Assembly: GCA_965214705.1 (NCBI GenBank)
Contig: OZ243972.1
Location: 3,680,001-3,744,000, forward strand
Direction: 5' to 3'
Length of the DNA stretch: 64,000 bases
Source: Alphaproteobacteria bacterium
GTDB taxonomy: Bacteria; Pseudomonadota; Alphaproteobacteria; UBA828
Below, piece by piece: positions 40,619 through 50,639 of the stretch. Below the pieces are notes generated by a model, which was not told the DNA's origin, did not search any database, and saw nothing but the letters and a program-made list of their open reading frames with translations. Every line of letters starts with the position of its first letter. Position 1 is the first letter of the stretch. The position numbers and the translations under genes are program-made.

Positions 40619-40822
40619 ATGGCACGCACCAACGTAGACATCGACGACGACGCCTGCGCAGAGGTCATGCGCCGCTACCGGCTGACGACGAAGCGGGAGG
40701 CGATCAACTACGCGCTGCGCACCCTCGCGGCGGAGCCACTCAGCGTCGACGAGGCCCGCCGGCTGCGTGGCTCTGGGTGGGAGGGCGATCTGGACGAGCT
40801 GCGTTCAGGTCGCGAATCCTGA
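40619..40822 (+). CDS. vapB: VapB-type antitoxin (orphan)
   Basis: [29 protein letters not shown]. Confidence 0.85.
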   Translation: MARTNVDIDDDACAEVMRRYRLTTKREAINYALRTLAAEPLSVDEARRLRGSGWEGDLDELRSGRES

Positions 40823-40839
40823 TCCTGATCGACACCTCC
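40819..40839 (+). pseudogene. Stub of a deleted vapC (xILIDTS)
   Basis: CTG ATC CTG ATC GAC ACC TCC overlaps the vapB stop; no PIN sequence follows. Confidence 0.6.
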
Positions 40840-40846
40840 ACCCGGA

Positions 40847-41008
40847 TCATCGGCTATCGCGATCCCGACGCAGAAGAACCACGCTGTCTTCCAGAGGACC
40901 GGCGGTCATTGTCCGGATGCGATCGGCCTCTGCAATCAGGTCGCGCCGTTTCCGGCTCCCCGTGTGCGGCGGCCTTAGTTCCCGTTCCGAAGGATTGCTC
41001 TCCGGCAT
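40847..41008 (-). pseudogene. FitA/Arc-like antitoxin C-terminal remnant
   Basis: LIAEADRIRTMT.GPLEDSVVLLRRDRD resembles antitoxin C-termini; no toxin follows. Confidence 0.45.
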
Positions 41009-41213
41009 GGCCTTCCGTTCCGACAGGTGGTGTTTGAGTTTGGTGTATTTCGTCATTGTAGCGCCGGAAAGGGAACGTGAGGTGACGGGTATTGGCTTCC
41101 CTTCTACTACAAAGATCGCCGATAGGCTCGGGCGCCATTTGGCGATGGCGGCGGGGAGGGGTAGCATTCAAGCAGGGAATAGGGCCCGCAAGGCTCGGGC
41201 AAGGGGGGCAACA

Positions 41214-41699
41214 ATGAGAAGACGAACGTGGATCGCGGGCGTTGTGGCGGTGGCGATGGCGCTGGCGGTATTCGCCGGATCGGGCGCAGCAAGCGCCCAG
41301 CAGGATCACTCGGGCGCGATCAAGGCTCGCATCGCATACATGCAGCTCAACGGCTTCTTCATGGGCCAGCTCGCAGCGATCGCGAAGGGGCAAGTGCCTT
41401 ACGACGCGGCGCAGGCGACCGGGGTTGCCAAGAGCCTGCTCGCGCTCTCCACCATGGACGCAGGCGCGATGTGGCCGCCCGGCTCCGACAACCAGGCCGT
41501 TCCGGGCAAGACTCGGGCCTTGCCCGAAATCTGGACCACCTTCCCGGCGGTGATGGAGAAGGCCAACGCGCTCACCGTGGCGCTGGAGGCGATGGTGGAG
41601 GCGGCCGGCAAGGATCTCGCGAGCCTGCAGGGCGCCTTCGGCCCGGTCGGCGCTGGCTGCGGCGGCTGTCATCGCAGCTTCCGCGCCGAGAATTTCTGA
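41214..41699 (+). CDS. Class II cytochrome c (c'/c556)
   Basis: Signal peptide, TRALPEIW, C-terminal CGGCH..FR. Confidence 0.92.
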   Translation: MRRRTWIAGVVAVAMALAVFAGSGAASAQQDHSGAIKARIAYMQLNGFFMGQLAAIAKGQVPYDAAQATGVAKSLLALSTMDAGAMWPPGSDNQAVPGKTRALPEIWTTFPAVMEKANALTVALEAMVEAAGKDLASLQGAFGPVGAGCGGCHRSFRAENF

Positions 41700-41768
41700 A
41701 GCGGGACTATTCTCGGTTTCCTCGGGCGTCGGGCGCCCACGCCGGAAAGCTCTGCGGCGGCCCGGCCG

Positions 41769-42595
41769 TTAGGTACCTGACGGCCAGACGAGGGGAAATT
41801 CGGGGTCGTCGAGGGGATCGCCGTCGCGCAGCCGCCGGTGCACCTCGGGGAAGGGTGGCGAAACCTCACCGGGGCGCACCTTGAAGCGCATGTCGTCGCC
41901 GACCCAGCGGTGAACGAAGGCGCGGCGCCGCGCCGACGCCGATTCGTTGCCCGCCGCCCCGTGGACGGTGAGGAAGTGGAAGGCGATGGCGTCGCCCGGC
42001 GCCATGTCGAAGGACGCGATCTCGTAGTCGTCCCGGCGCCCGTCGATATCCGGCATGGTATCGAGCGCCTCGCCTTCGCGCTGATAGTCCACGCCAATGA
42101 ACTTTCTCGGCATGAACGACTTGCCCCAGCGGTGCGAGCCCACGACAAGCTCCAGGCATATTGGGCGGGGGACGGGATCGAGCGCAGTCCAGAAGCTCAC
42201 GCACTGCGTCCCGTCGATGCAGTAGTAGGGCAGGTCGTGGTGCCACGGCGTGCGTGACTCGGTACGCGGTTCCTTCACCAGCACGTGCTCGTGGAAGAAG
42301 CGCGCCGTGCCCGAGCCCATGAGCCGTGCGGCGAGCGCCGCCGCGTGGGAGCGGTACACGAAGTCGCGATACTCGGGCACGCGCGACCAGTTGCAATAGT
42401 CGCCGAAGAAGTAGCCCTTCGAGCCTTCGGGCTCGTACTCGCGGGTGTAGGGGCCGGGAGTGCGCATGTTGCGCTCGACACCGGCGCGCAGGGGATCTCG
42501 AGCCAGTCAGTGAACGCGCCCGCAAGATGGACGACGCCGTCCCGCTGGAAGCACCCGGCGGTGGCGTCATCGCTGCCGGTGTCTGCGGTGCTCAT
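41769..42595 (-). pseudogene. Phytanoyl-CoA dioxygenase (PhyH) family protein, frameshifted near 42495
   Basis: N-part FQRDGVVHLAGAF and C-part LRAGVERN..TPWHHD..HGAAGN..RRA lie in different frames. Confidence 0.8.
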
Positions 42596-42623
42596 GCGCG
42601 GTTCGGGATCGGGCGTGCCGGGC

Positions 42624-43550
42624 TCAGAAGTCGACCTGATCGCCGCCCTTGAGGCCCAGCATCTCGCGCGCCTCGGCAGGCGTCGCCACCTCCAGCGAGA
42701 GTTCCTCGACGATGCGCCTGGCCTTGGCCACCTGGGCGGCGTTCGACGGCGCGAGTTCGCCCTTGCCGAGGAAGAGGCTGTCCTCCAGCCCGACGCGGAT
42801 GTTGCCGCCCATCATCGCGCCCATGGTGACGAAGCTCATCTGATGGCGGCCGGCGGCCAGGATCGACCAGCGGTAGTCGTCACCGAACAGCTTGTTGGCG
42901 ATGCGGCGCATGTGCATCAGGTTCTCGTGGTCGGCGCCGATGCCGCCCAGGATGCCGAAGATGGTCTGCACGAAGAGCGGCGGCTTGACCATGCCGCTGT
43001 CGACGAAATGGGCCAGGTTGTAGAGGTGGCCGACGTCGTAGCACTCGAACTCGAAGCGCACGCCGTGGCCCTCACCTAAATCCTTCATAATGTATTCGAT
43101 GTCTTTGAAGGTATTTCGGAAAATGAAGTCCTTCGTGCCCTCCAGATGGGGCCTCTCCCAGTCGTACTTGAACTCCTTGTAGCGGTTCAGCATCGGGTAG
43201 ATGCCGAAGTTCATGGAGCCCATGTTGAGCGAGGTCATCTCCGGGCTTGCGCGGCGCGGCGCGGCGAGGCGCTCGTCGAGCGACATGCCGAGGCCGCCGC
43301 CGGTGGTGATGTTGATGACCGCGTCCGACTGCTGCTTGATGCGCGGCAGGAAGGCCATGAAGACGTCCGGATCGGGCGTGGGGCGGCCGTCGTTCGGGTC
43401 TCGGGCGTGCAGATGGAGGATCGAGGCGCCGGCCTCGGCCGCCGCCACGCCGTCGGCCGCAATCTCGTCCGGCGTGACCGGCAGGTGCGGCGACATGGTG
43501 GGGGTATGGATGGACCCCGTGACCGCGCACGTGATGATGACTTTGCTCAT
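42624..43550 (-). CDS. 3-keto-5-aminohexanoate cleavage enzyme family (BKACE/DUF849)
   Basis: IITCAVTG, AGASILHLHARD, SLNMGSMNF, RVGLED. Confidence 0.93.
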   Translation of the reverse strand: MSKVIITCAVTGSIHTPTMSPHLPVTPDEIAADGVAAAEAGASILHLHARDPNDGRPTPDPDVFMAFLPRIKQQSDAVINITTGGGLGMSLDERLAAPRRASPEMTSLNMGSMNFGIYPMLNRYKEFKYDWERPHLEGTKDFIFRNTFKDIEYIMKDLGEGHGVRFEFECYDVGHLYNLAHFVDSGMVKPPLFVQTIFGILGGIGADHENLMHMRRIANKLFGDDYRWSILAAGRHQMSFVTMGAMMGGNIRVGLEDSLFLGKGELAPSNAAQVAKARRIVEELSLEVATPAEAREMLGLKGGDQVDF

Positions 43551-43784
43551 GGCCCGTGGCCTCCCGCTCGTGTTCGCCGCGCCGCGCCGGCGCTTGCGAG
43601 GGTTCTAACCGCCCGCTACGGGCCTCGACAAGCGCGGTTTAGAGCGTTTCCGTTCGCACGGAAACACGCACCTTCTGTGCTAAGTAACTGATTCGATTGA
43701 GATAGTCATCCGTTTCTATTGCCACCGGGCGCGGAATTCAAGCTGATTCCGCACCCCGCTGCAACAGATCGATGACGCGCGATC

Positions 43785-44647
43785 ATGCCACCCATCCGTC
43801 TCACCCAGCGCCGAGTCGATGCCCTTCGACCCAGCCGCAAGGTGCGCGATGTCCGGGACGCCGAGCTGAAAGGGTACGGCGTCCGGGTCATGCCCTCCGG
43901 CACCCGGCGCTACTTCATCCACAGCCAGCACAGGGGCAAACGGGTCTGGAAGATCATAGGCGACGCGGCGGCGATCGCCGAGCCCGAAGCGCGGGCCAGG
44001 GCCAGGTCCATGCTCGCCGCGTTGCGCGACGGCCGGGAGCCCGCCGCGGCGGACCCCGGCGGCACCCTCTTCGAGATCGTCGCCGAGGAGGTCTTCGACC
44101 GTTACAGGCGCCGCTGGAAGCCGCGCACCCTGAAAGTGAACCGCGACTACCTCTACAGGCAGATACTGCCCTTCTTCGCGAGCAGGCCCATCGGAGAGAT
44201 AACCCGGGAGGACGTGCGGGCCTGGTTCCGCTCTCTCCACGCGACGCCCGCTGCCGCGAACCGCTCGGCGCCGATTCTCTCGGTCATCATGCAACAGGCC
44301 GAGGTCTGGGGATACCGCCCGGAGGACAGCAACCCCTGCGCCGGCATCCGCCGCTACCGGCAGGGGCGGATCCGAGCGCTTTCTGACCCCCGAGGAGTAT
44401 CGCCGCCTCGCCTGCGTGCTGGGCCGGCACGAGGCCAGACGCCCCCTGCACGTGGCCGCCTTGTGCCTGCTGCTGCTCACCGGGTGCCGCAAGTCGGAGA
44501 TCCTCACCCTCCAATGGCGCTCCTACCGGGAGGGGCAGCTCTATCTGCACGACACTGGGGAAGGACGGTTCAGATCGGCCGACCGCGTACGGTCTGGCTG
44601 TGCGAGGCGGCGTGGGGCGTCCTTGACCGCCTGCCCCGGTCGTCCTG
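43785..44647 (+). pseudogene. Tyrosine integrase with arm-binding domain, frameshifted and truncated
   Basis: LTQRRVDAL..GYGVRV.PSG; frameshift near 44370 before ERFLTPEEY; LLLTGCRKSEI; second break near 44555; no HxxR/Y C-terminus. Confidence 0.85.
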
Positions 44648-45280
44648 TTGCGCCATCGCTCGTTTTACCTCTCCGCATTCTCGGCTGAAGGCTTGAAAGT
44701 ATACGCCGATGCGATCCCGCCTGAAGATGAACTCGAGGAACCAGAGGAGGGGCAAGACTTTCGCAGTACTTTACGTCACCAAGCACAATTGACGGTGCTG
44801 GCCTTCAAGACCGGGGTCGCGGTCAGCGCAGACCTGTGGCTCGGTGGCTTCGACACCCACTCCAATCATGATCCCCTCCACGAATGGCTGTTCGGGAATC
44901 TCACCAGCGCGGTCGATTACTTGTGGAACTACGCCGAGGAGCATGGCGTCGCCGATCGCATGGTGGTGGTGATCGGCTCGGACTTCGGCCGCACCAACTT
45001 CTACAATTCCGGGAACGGCAAGGATCACTGGCCGATCGGGAGCTACGTGGTCATGGAGAAGAACCGGTCATGGACCGGGCGCGCGGTGGGCGAGACGGAC
45101 GGCCTGCACTTCGCCTACAAGATCGACCCCACGACGCTCCGCCGCGACGATACCTACGGGACGATCATCTACCCGAAGCACGTGCACAAGGCGCTGCGCC
45201 GCTACCTCGGCGTCGAGAACTCGGCAGGCGCTCTACGCTTCCCATTCAACAATACGGAGGATTTCGCTTTCTTTGTCTGA
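44648..45280 (+). pseudogene. DUF1501 family protein, C-terminal fragment
   Basis: GGFDTHSNHD, SDFGRT..N..GKDHW; N-terminus absent. Confidence 0.8.
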
Positions 45281-45414
45281 TTAGTCGTGGCGCTTGACAG
45301 TCAAATAAGCTGTGTAATCCCGTTGGCGAGTGCGCACGTTGGCATGGGTGTGATTCTCGTATGGCGATATGCCAGTCGTGATGGCGCTAAAGGATATGGG
45401 CTGGTTCATTTTGG

Positions 45415-46800
45415 TCAAGCAGCGAGTGCCAGGACTTCGGTTGGGCTGATGTTGTCGTTAGCTGGTCCGGATCGGGCGTCCATGAGCGCATCCCATGCCC
45501 GGTCGAAGAGGCCGGATTTGATCAGGGCGCGGAAGGTCAGAACCGCCTGCCCGCCGTCGATCCGCCAGCGCATGCCCGAGCGTTTCAAGCGCTGCGCGAC
45601 GAGGGTCTTGCAGGCCGCCTCGACCACACCCGAGCCGATGGCGATGCCCTCTTCCTTCAGGGCGTGGTAGCGCATCCGATGGCGGTGCTTTCGGAAGAAG
45701 GCCAGCTCGCGCTCGATCTCGGCCGGGTCCCCCTTTGCCCTGTCCAGGAGGTAGCGCAGTGCCCGGATCACCTTGTCGACGCCGCGGGGGTCGTGGCGCA
45801 GGATTTCGCGGTGCTTCTCGAACCAGTGGCGCGCCACCGCATGGTCAGAGGCCACGCGGAGATGCTCGCAAGCGTGCCAGAAGTCGATGACCTCGGTCTC
45901 GGGCGAGAGGCTTTCGAGGAAGGTCCAGTTGTCGGCGGCCCCGTCGGCGACGGCGCCGATCCTGATCTTCGGGCTCACACGGCGGATATGGGCGACCTCG
46001 CTTGCAAGTTGCGCTTTCAGCGCGGCCTTGCCGCTCTCGGGCATACGGCCGAGATAGAGGGTCTTCAGCCGTTGGCCCTCGGCGTCGTGGAAGGAGACCG
46101 TGCCGCAAGAGGCCTCGCGCCAGCACGCCTCGGCACGGCCGTCCTCGCCGGCCCGCAGCGCCACCATGACGCCGTCAAGGGAGACGGACGCGGTGACCGC
46201 ATCGGGCGGTATGCCCTGGGTTTCACGGATGCTGGCCAGCGTCTCCGGGGCGACGCTCTCCCAGTGCTCATGCATGCTCAGGGCCAGGCGCTGCAGCGTG
46301 CTCACCGACGGCGTCATTCCGCCCATTTTCGCGAAGAACTCCTCCGCTTCACGCGGCGTACAGTGGCCCATCATCATCAGCCCGAGCTGCGCCGCCGGCC
46401 GCGTCAGGTAGTCGTCGATGAGGCCCAGGCTCTCGTCCACCGGCACCAGCGACGTGCTGCTCGCGCCGCTGCGATAGCGCGCACGCCGATAGGTCACGGG
46501 ACCGAGCGTCGTCATGATCGTCTTCGGCGTCGCCGCCACCCGGACCCAGCTCTGTCCGTCGCGCTCGATCCGGCTCGCACCGTCGTCGCGGCTCTCGGCG
46601 AAGGCCCCAAGGAGCTTGCAACCCAAGCCGTTCATGGCGTCCCGCAGCCCCGTCTCAACCGTTTCGAACGTCTCGGCAGACGGGTCAGACCCAGCCTGTT
46701 CGCGACAGAACTCCACCACCTGGGCGACCGCTTCGGCGACTTCGGCAGGCAGGCCCAAAAGGTCGATGGACGAGGCGATGAGAGACTGCGACACTGGCAT
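45415..46800 (-). CDS. ISKra4-family transposase
   Basis: SLDGV, WREAS, ADGAADNW, DFWHACEHL, IGSGVVEAACK..RLKRSGMRW. Confidence 0.9.
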   Translation of the reverse strand: MPVSQSLIASSIDLLGLPAEVAEAVAQVVEFCREQAGSDPSAETFETVETGLRDAMNGLGCKLLGAFAESRDDGASRIERDGQSWVRVAATPKTIMTTLGPVTYRRARYRSGASSTSLVPVDESLGLIDDYLTRPAAQLGLMMMGHCTPREAEEFFAKMGGMTPSVSTLQRLALSMHEHWESVAPETLASIRETQGIPPDAVTASVSLDGVMVALRAGEDGRAEACWREASCGTVSFHDAEGQRLKTLYLGRMPESGKAALKAQLASEVAHIRRVSPKIRIGAVADGAADNWTFLESLSPETEVIDFWHACEHLRVASDHAVARHWFEKHREILRHDPRGVDKVIRALRYLLDRAKGDPAEIERELAFFRKHRHRMRYHALKEEGIAIGSGVVEAACKTLVAQRLKRSGMRWRIDGGQAVLTFRALIKSGLFDRAWDALMDARSGPANDNISPTEVLALAA

Positions 46801-46986
46801 GGGAACGCTCCTGATGTTGGGTCTGATGTTGGGTTGTCGGCGCGGCATCCTACCGCATCTCGCGGTGCGGAGCGTTCCCACCCACCACTGCTGGATGCCG
46901 CCGTTGTGACAAAATCCGGCCCTGCACCGGCCGATTGTCACGAAAACCCGATTCTGGCTGCCTACGGCCACCCGCCAATCGCGCTA

Positions 46987-46999
46987 AATCAATGACTTA
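46987..46999 (+). promoter_or_regulatory. IHF consensus site in the IS left end
   Basis: AATCAATGACTTA matches WATCAANNNNTTR; same site at 55477-55489 on the minus strand. Confidence 0.55.
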
Positions 47000-47000
47000 C

Positions 47001-48502
47001 GAGCCACTTGCAAAATTCCGCATTTGAGCGGGATTTTGCCGCCGTGGCGGTCAGATTGTCCTGGAAATCGGGACCGCTCTCTGTTCCTGTCGGGTTTCGG
47101 ACAACGTCGACGGAGAGGGCGGCCCCATGTCGCTGGGACAGACACTATCCGGATTCTGGCATCACATTCAAGCGGATCTTTTCCCGTGGCTTGAGGAGGA
47201 GCTCGGGCCGCTCGGCGAGAGGTACCGGCGCTTCGTCACCGTGCTTGAGCTTGCGCGGGTCGAGAGCTTCCTTCCCCATTTCCATGGCCTGCCCGGTCGG
47301 CCGGTCGAGGATCGGGCGGCCTTGGCCCGCGCCTTCATCGCCAAGGCGGTGTTCGACGTACCCACGACGCGCGCCCTGATCGAGCGCCTTGAGAACGACA
47401 AGACGCTACGCCGTCTCTGCGGCTGGACCTATGCCGCAGAGATCCCGAGCGAGGCGACGTTTTCGCGGGCGTTTGCGGAGTTCTCCGAGAGTGCGTTGCC
47501 CGCTCGCGTGCATGAGGCGCTGATCAAGCAGACCCTCGGAGACCATCTGGTCGGGCACGTCTCGCGCGACTCGACGGCGATCGAGGCGCGCGAGAAGCCT
47601 CAGCCCAAGCCCAAGGCGGAGAAGCCGAAGCGCAAGCGCGGCCGCCCGCGCAAGGGCGAGGAGCGGCCCAAGGAGGAGCGCCGCGTGAAACGCCAGCTCA
47701 CGATGAGCTTGCCCCAGATGCTCGACGACCTGCCGAAAGCCTGCGACGTCGGCACCAAGCGCAACGCCAGGGGCCATACCACATCGTGGATCGGTTACAA
47801 GCTGCACATCGACGCCGCCGATGGCGGCATTCCGATCAGTTGCATCCTGACGTCCGCCTCGCTGCACGACAGCCAGGCCGCGATCCCGCTGGCGAGTATG
47901 ACCGCCGACCGCGTCACCAATCTGTACGACCTCATGGACTCAGCCTATGACGCGCCCGAGATCGGCTGGCACAGCTACCTGCTGGGCCACGTCCCGATCA
48001 TCGACGTCAACCCTCGCGACAAGGAGTACAAGGAGGAGCTGGCGCGCGAGGCCAGGGCGCAGAGAGGCGTCGGTCACCGCCACCCGGCGGACGAGCGCTA
48101 CAACGAGCGCTCGAACATCGAGCGCATCAACGGTGGGCTGAAGGACAACTGCGGGGGCCGCCATGTCCGCGTGCGCGGCCATGCCAAGGTTCATTGCCAC
48201 CTGATGTTCGGCATCCTGGTGCTGACGGTCGACCAGCTGATGCGCCTCCTGGCCTGAGCGGCGCCTCCGTCGCTGTCACGCCGGCACGCCTCCCTCCGCG
48301 GAGGCGCAAAAAGCCATGTCCGCATCGCGACGGCGGGTCCAAAATGCGCCCGCATGGGCATCGGTTTGCGGCGAATCGGCGCCCCGGCGGCAGCCAGCGA
48401 CGTCCGCTCGTCCCGAAGTTCATGTTACGTTCCGACCGTCAATGTCCTCACGCCGGGCTCTCGGGAAAAGCAGACCGCGCCTGGGAGTTTTGCAAGTGGC
48501 TC
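47001..48502 (+). mobile_element. Nested DDE IS (IS5/IS1182-like)
   Basis: IRs GAGCCACTTGCAAAA(T/C)TCC; TSD TTAC at 46997-47000 and 48503-48506. Confidence 0.92.
47127..48257 (+). CDS. DDE transposase (DUF772/DDE_Tnp_1-like)
   Basis: PSEATFSR, SRDSTAI, GYKLH, MDSAYD, YNERSNIERING. Confidence 0.88.
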   Translation: MSLGQTLSGFWHHIQADLFPWLEEELGPLGERYRRFVTVLELARVESFLPHFHGLPGRPVEDRAALARAFIAKAVFDVPTTRALIERLENDKTLRRLCGWTYAAEIPSEATFSRAFAEFSESALPARVHEALIKQTLGDHLVGHVSRDSTAIEAREKPQPKPKAEKPKRKRGRPRKGEERPKEERRVKRQLTMSLPQMLDDLPKACDVGTKRNARGHTTSWIGYKLHIDAADGGIPISCILTSASLHDSQAAIPLASMTADRVTNLYDLMDSAYDAPEIGWHSYLLGHVPIIDVNPRDKEYKEELAREARAQRGVGHRHPADERYNERSNIERINGGLKDNCGGRHVRVRGHAKVHCHLMFGILVLTVDQLMRLLA

Positions 48503-48586
48503 TTACGATCGCCATGCCAGACCTACACCCCGTTGGCAGTCATCGTCAACTGAACATATTCTCAACGTTCCCCAGGTAATGCCGTC

Positions 48587-49495
48587 TCATGTAGTCACTC
48601 TGTCAACCAGGTGGCCATGGCAAGAGAGCTCCGAGTCGATGGCAAGATAGGGCGTGTCGCATCGCTCAAGCCATTCCAAGCCATTCCCTTGCTGTTGCAG
48701 CAACGCCACCGAAGCAATGGAACCTGCGACAACCGCCTGGGCCGCAACAACACTGACGCTCAACAGCCCGTCGATGGGCCAGCCGGTCCGGGGATCGATC
48801 AGGTGACTGTACCGTCGTCCTTCTATTTCCATGAATCGCTCATATCCGCCCGAGGTCGCGAGCGCGCCTTCCAAAAGCCAAACCGTGGCAATTGGCGAAT
48901 TCGTCTTCTGCGGATGTACGATGCCGATCGGCCAGGGCTCGTCACTCGCTTGCGGACCGACAATACAGATGTCACCGCCGAGATTGATTAGACCATGGCG
49001 AACACCAAGTTGCTTGGCGAGAACGGCAGTCGCATCGGCGGCGTATTCCTTCACAACGCCTCCAAAATCCAGCTCCATACCCGGCACAGACAGGTATACC
49101 TTCCCATCGGAATGTTGAACCTTGTCCCAACCCACTTTGATCAAACACGCGTCGATTTCTCCGTGCGACGGCAGGGTTTGCCGGCCTCGGTGCCACACGC
49201 GACGAAACACACCCGACGTGATGTCGAAAGCCCCATTGCTTTGCTCGTAGCAAACCGCTGCGTACTTTAGGAGGGAGGCCGTTTCCTCGTCTATACAGGT
49301 GGGTTCGACACCCGCAGCGCGGTTGATGGCCGTCGTCACGCTGTCTTCACTGTAACGAGAATACTTCCTTTCGAAGCGCCTGATTTCTTCAACACACTCT
49401 CGAATCGCGTGAGAACAATCCTCTTCCGTGGGTGCATATAGCCGCAGTTCGCATGGGCAGCCCATCGCAGTGAATCGATGCACGCACGGGACCAA
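48587..49495 (-). CDS. apbE: FAD:protein FMN transferase
   Basis: AMGC, SNGAFDIT, DFGGVVKEYAAD, INLGGD, ATSGGYER, HLIDPRTG; no signal peptide visible. Confidence 0.93.
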   Translation of the reverse strand: MVPCVHRFTAMGCPCELRLYAPTEEDCSHAIRECVEEIRRFERKYSRYSEDSVTTAINRAAGVEPTCIDEETASLLKYAAVCYEQSNGAFDITSGVFRRVWHRGRQTLPSHGEIDACLIKVGWDKVQHSDGKVYLSVPGMELDFGGVVKEYAADATAVLAKQLGVRHGLINLGGDICIVGPQASDEPWPIGIVHPQKTNSPIATVWLLEGALATSGGYERFMEIEGRRYSHLIDPRTGWPIDGLLSVSVVAAQAVVAGSIASVALLQQQGNGLEWLERCDTPYLAIDSELSCHGHLVDRVTT

Positions 49496-49498
49496 TGA

Positions 49499-50638
49499 CT
49501 AGAACCTGTACTCGAAAGCGACGGAGGCCAGCGTAAAGTTCAGCAGAGCGGGATGTTCAATACCGGACGTGAGCCCGTATTTTTCGCTGGCTCTATAGCG
49601 ATCAATGCTGATCGTGACCGACCAATCCGGAAAATGAATGACGCCCTTCAACCCCGCGGTCACTGCACCGTAGGCAGCCAGGCGAAAATCGCTGGACTGG
49701 GCAACATTCAGCGGCAGGCTAAAATCGTCGATTGAACGGAAAAAGTCGGCGTCTGTCTGACTGTAATAGCGCACATTTGGGACCAGCTGAAATGAAGCGC
49801 CAACGTTCTGATACCACGAGGTATGAAGTGTGTGAGAGGCGATTCCCCAGTCATCCGTGTAGTAGCGATAGTCGACGTGCAACGATGCGCGCAGATTGTC
49901 CAGGAAGCGTCGATAACGCACACCGAGCGCGCTCTCGGTTCGTTTTCTGGGCCGCACGTCGCGAAGCTTGTAGGGGTCCGACAGGTAGCCAGTGTGCGCG
50001 GTAACGCCAAGCCCGGTGAAAATGACGGAGGAGCGGTCGATCACTTGCGACACGCCGAGAGACAGCGATCGACTCTGCCTGCTTTCCTTCAGTATTCGCC
50101 CGAATGCAGCGGCATCGCTCGGCTCAATGGTGTCGCTTGCGTAGCTCAAGCCTGCCGACAATACGGTCAGAGGGCCATTAATTTCCCATTCGCCGGATAC
50201 GGCCACAGCGTCGGACGTATAGTCGTCTTCGTCTGATCGCGTCAGCGTCAATGCTGCGCTGCTATCCTCAAAATAACGGGTGCCCGTCACACTGACTTCG
50301 GTTCTCTCGTCCTGGATCGTGGCCCCGCTCATGATGAGTGTGGGCTTTCCATCGGGGCCCATCACCGTTGCCCACGGAGAGGCGCCAGACATTGTCTCTC
50401 GCGAGACGTCCAATCCTGCGCTCCATTCTTGGCCTACAGGAGTCAGCAACCTGAACTGATGAATGTCGATGTCGTATCGTTGATTGTCCCCGCTCAGATG
50501 CAAGTGCTCGGGGATGTCGGCCTCCTTGTAGTTGGGGGTGCCGATGGAGAGGCTCGTTTCCACTGGCTGTGAATCGGCAAACGCGGGAAGCGAGGTCGCG
50601 GCAATGGTCAATGCCGTCAGAGGAGAAAGGGACTTCAA
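49499..50638 (-). CDS. DUF3570 family outer-membrane beta-barrel
   Basis: Signal-like N-terminus, MSGASP and MSGAT motifs, GYLSDPYK, YRYYTDDWGI, RYYSQT.ADF, SSDFRL, terminal F; TTG start is an estimate. Confidence 0.85.
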   Translation of the reverse strand: MKSLSPLTALTIAATSLPAFADSQPVETSLSIGTPNYKEADIPEHLHLSGDNQRYDIDIHQFRLLTPVGQEWSAGLDVSRETMSGASPWATVMGPDGKPTLIMSGATIQDERTEVSVTGTRYFEDSSAALTLTRSDEDDYTSDAVAVSGEWEINGPLTVLSAGLSYASDTIEPSDAAAFGRILKESRQSRSLSLGVSQVIDRSSVIFTGLGVTAHTGYLSDPYKLRDVRPRKRTESALGVRYRRFLDNLRASLHVDYRYYTDDWGIASHTLHTSWYQNVGASFQLVPNVRYYSQTDADFFRSIDDFSLPLNVAQSSDFRLAAYGAVTAGLKGVIHFPDWSVTISIDRYRASEKYGLTSGIEHPALLNFTLASVAFEYRF

Positions 50639-50639
50639 C

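Larger units (their letters stand above)
45346..48530 (-). mobile_element. ISKra4-family IS copy 1 (carries a nested IS)
   Basis: Ends GGGTGTGATTCTCGTATGGCGAT / ATCGCCATGCCAGACCTACACCC; flanking repeat CGTTGGCA at 45337-44 and 48531-38 (1-nt boundary ambiguity). Confidence 0.9.

Noticed and set aside
38446-41037. 863-aa ORF and other long antisense ORFs (e.g. 59904..62177, 24991..27015)
   Set aside because: Shadow frames of GC-rich genes; only the tail of 59904..62177 is real (gspF 3' part)
43785-44696. Intact prophage integrase or prophage
   Set aside because: Frameshifted, lacks the catalytic C-terminus, no phage genes nearby
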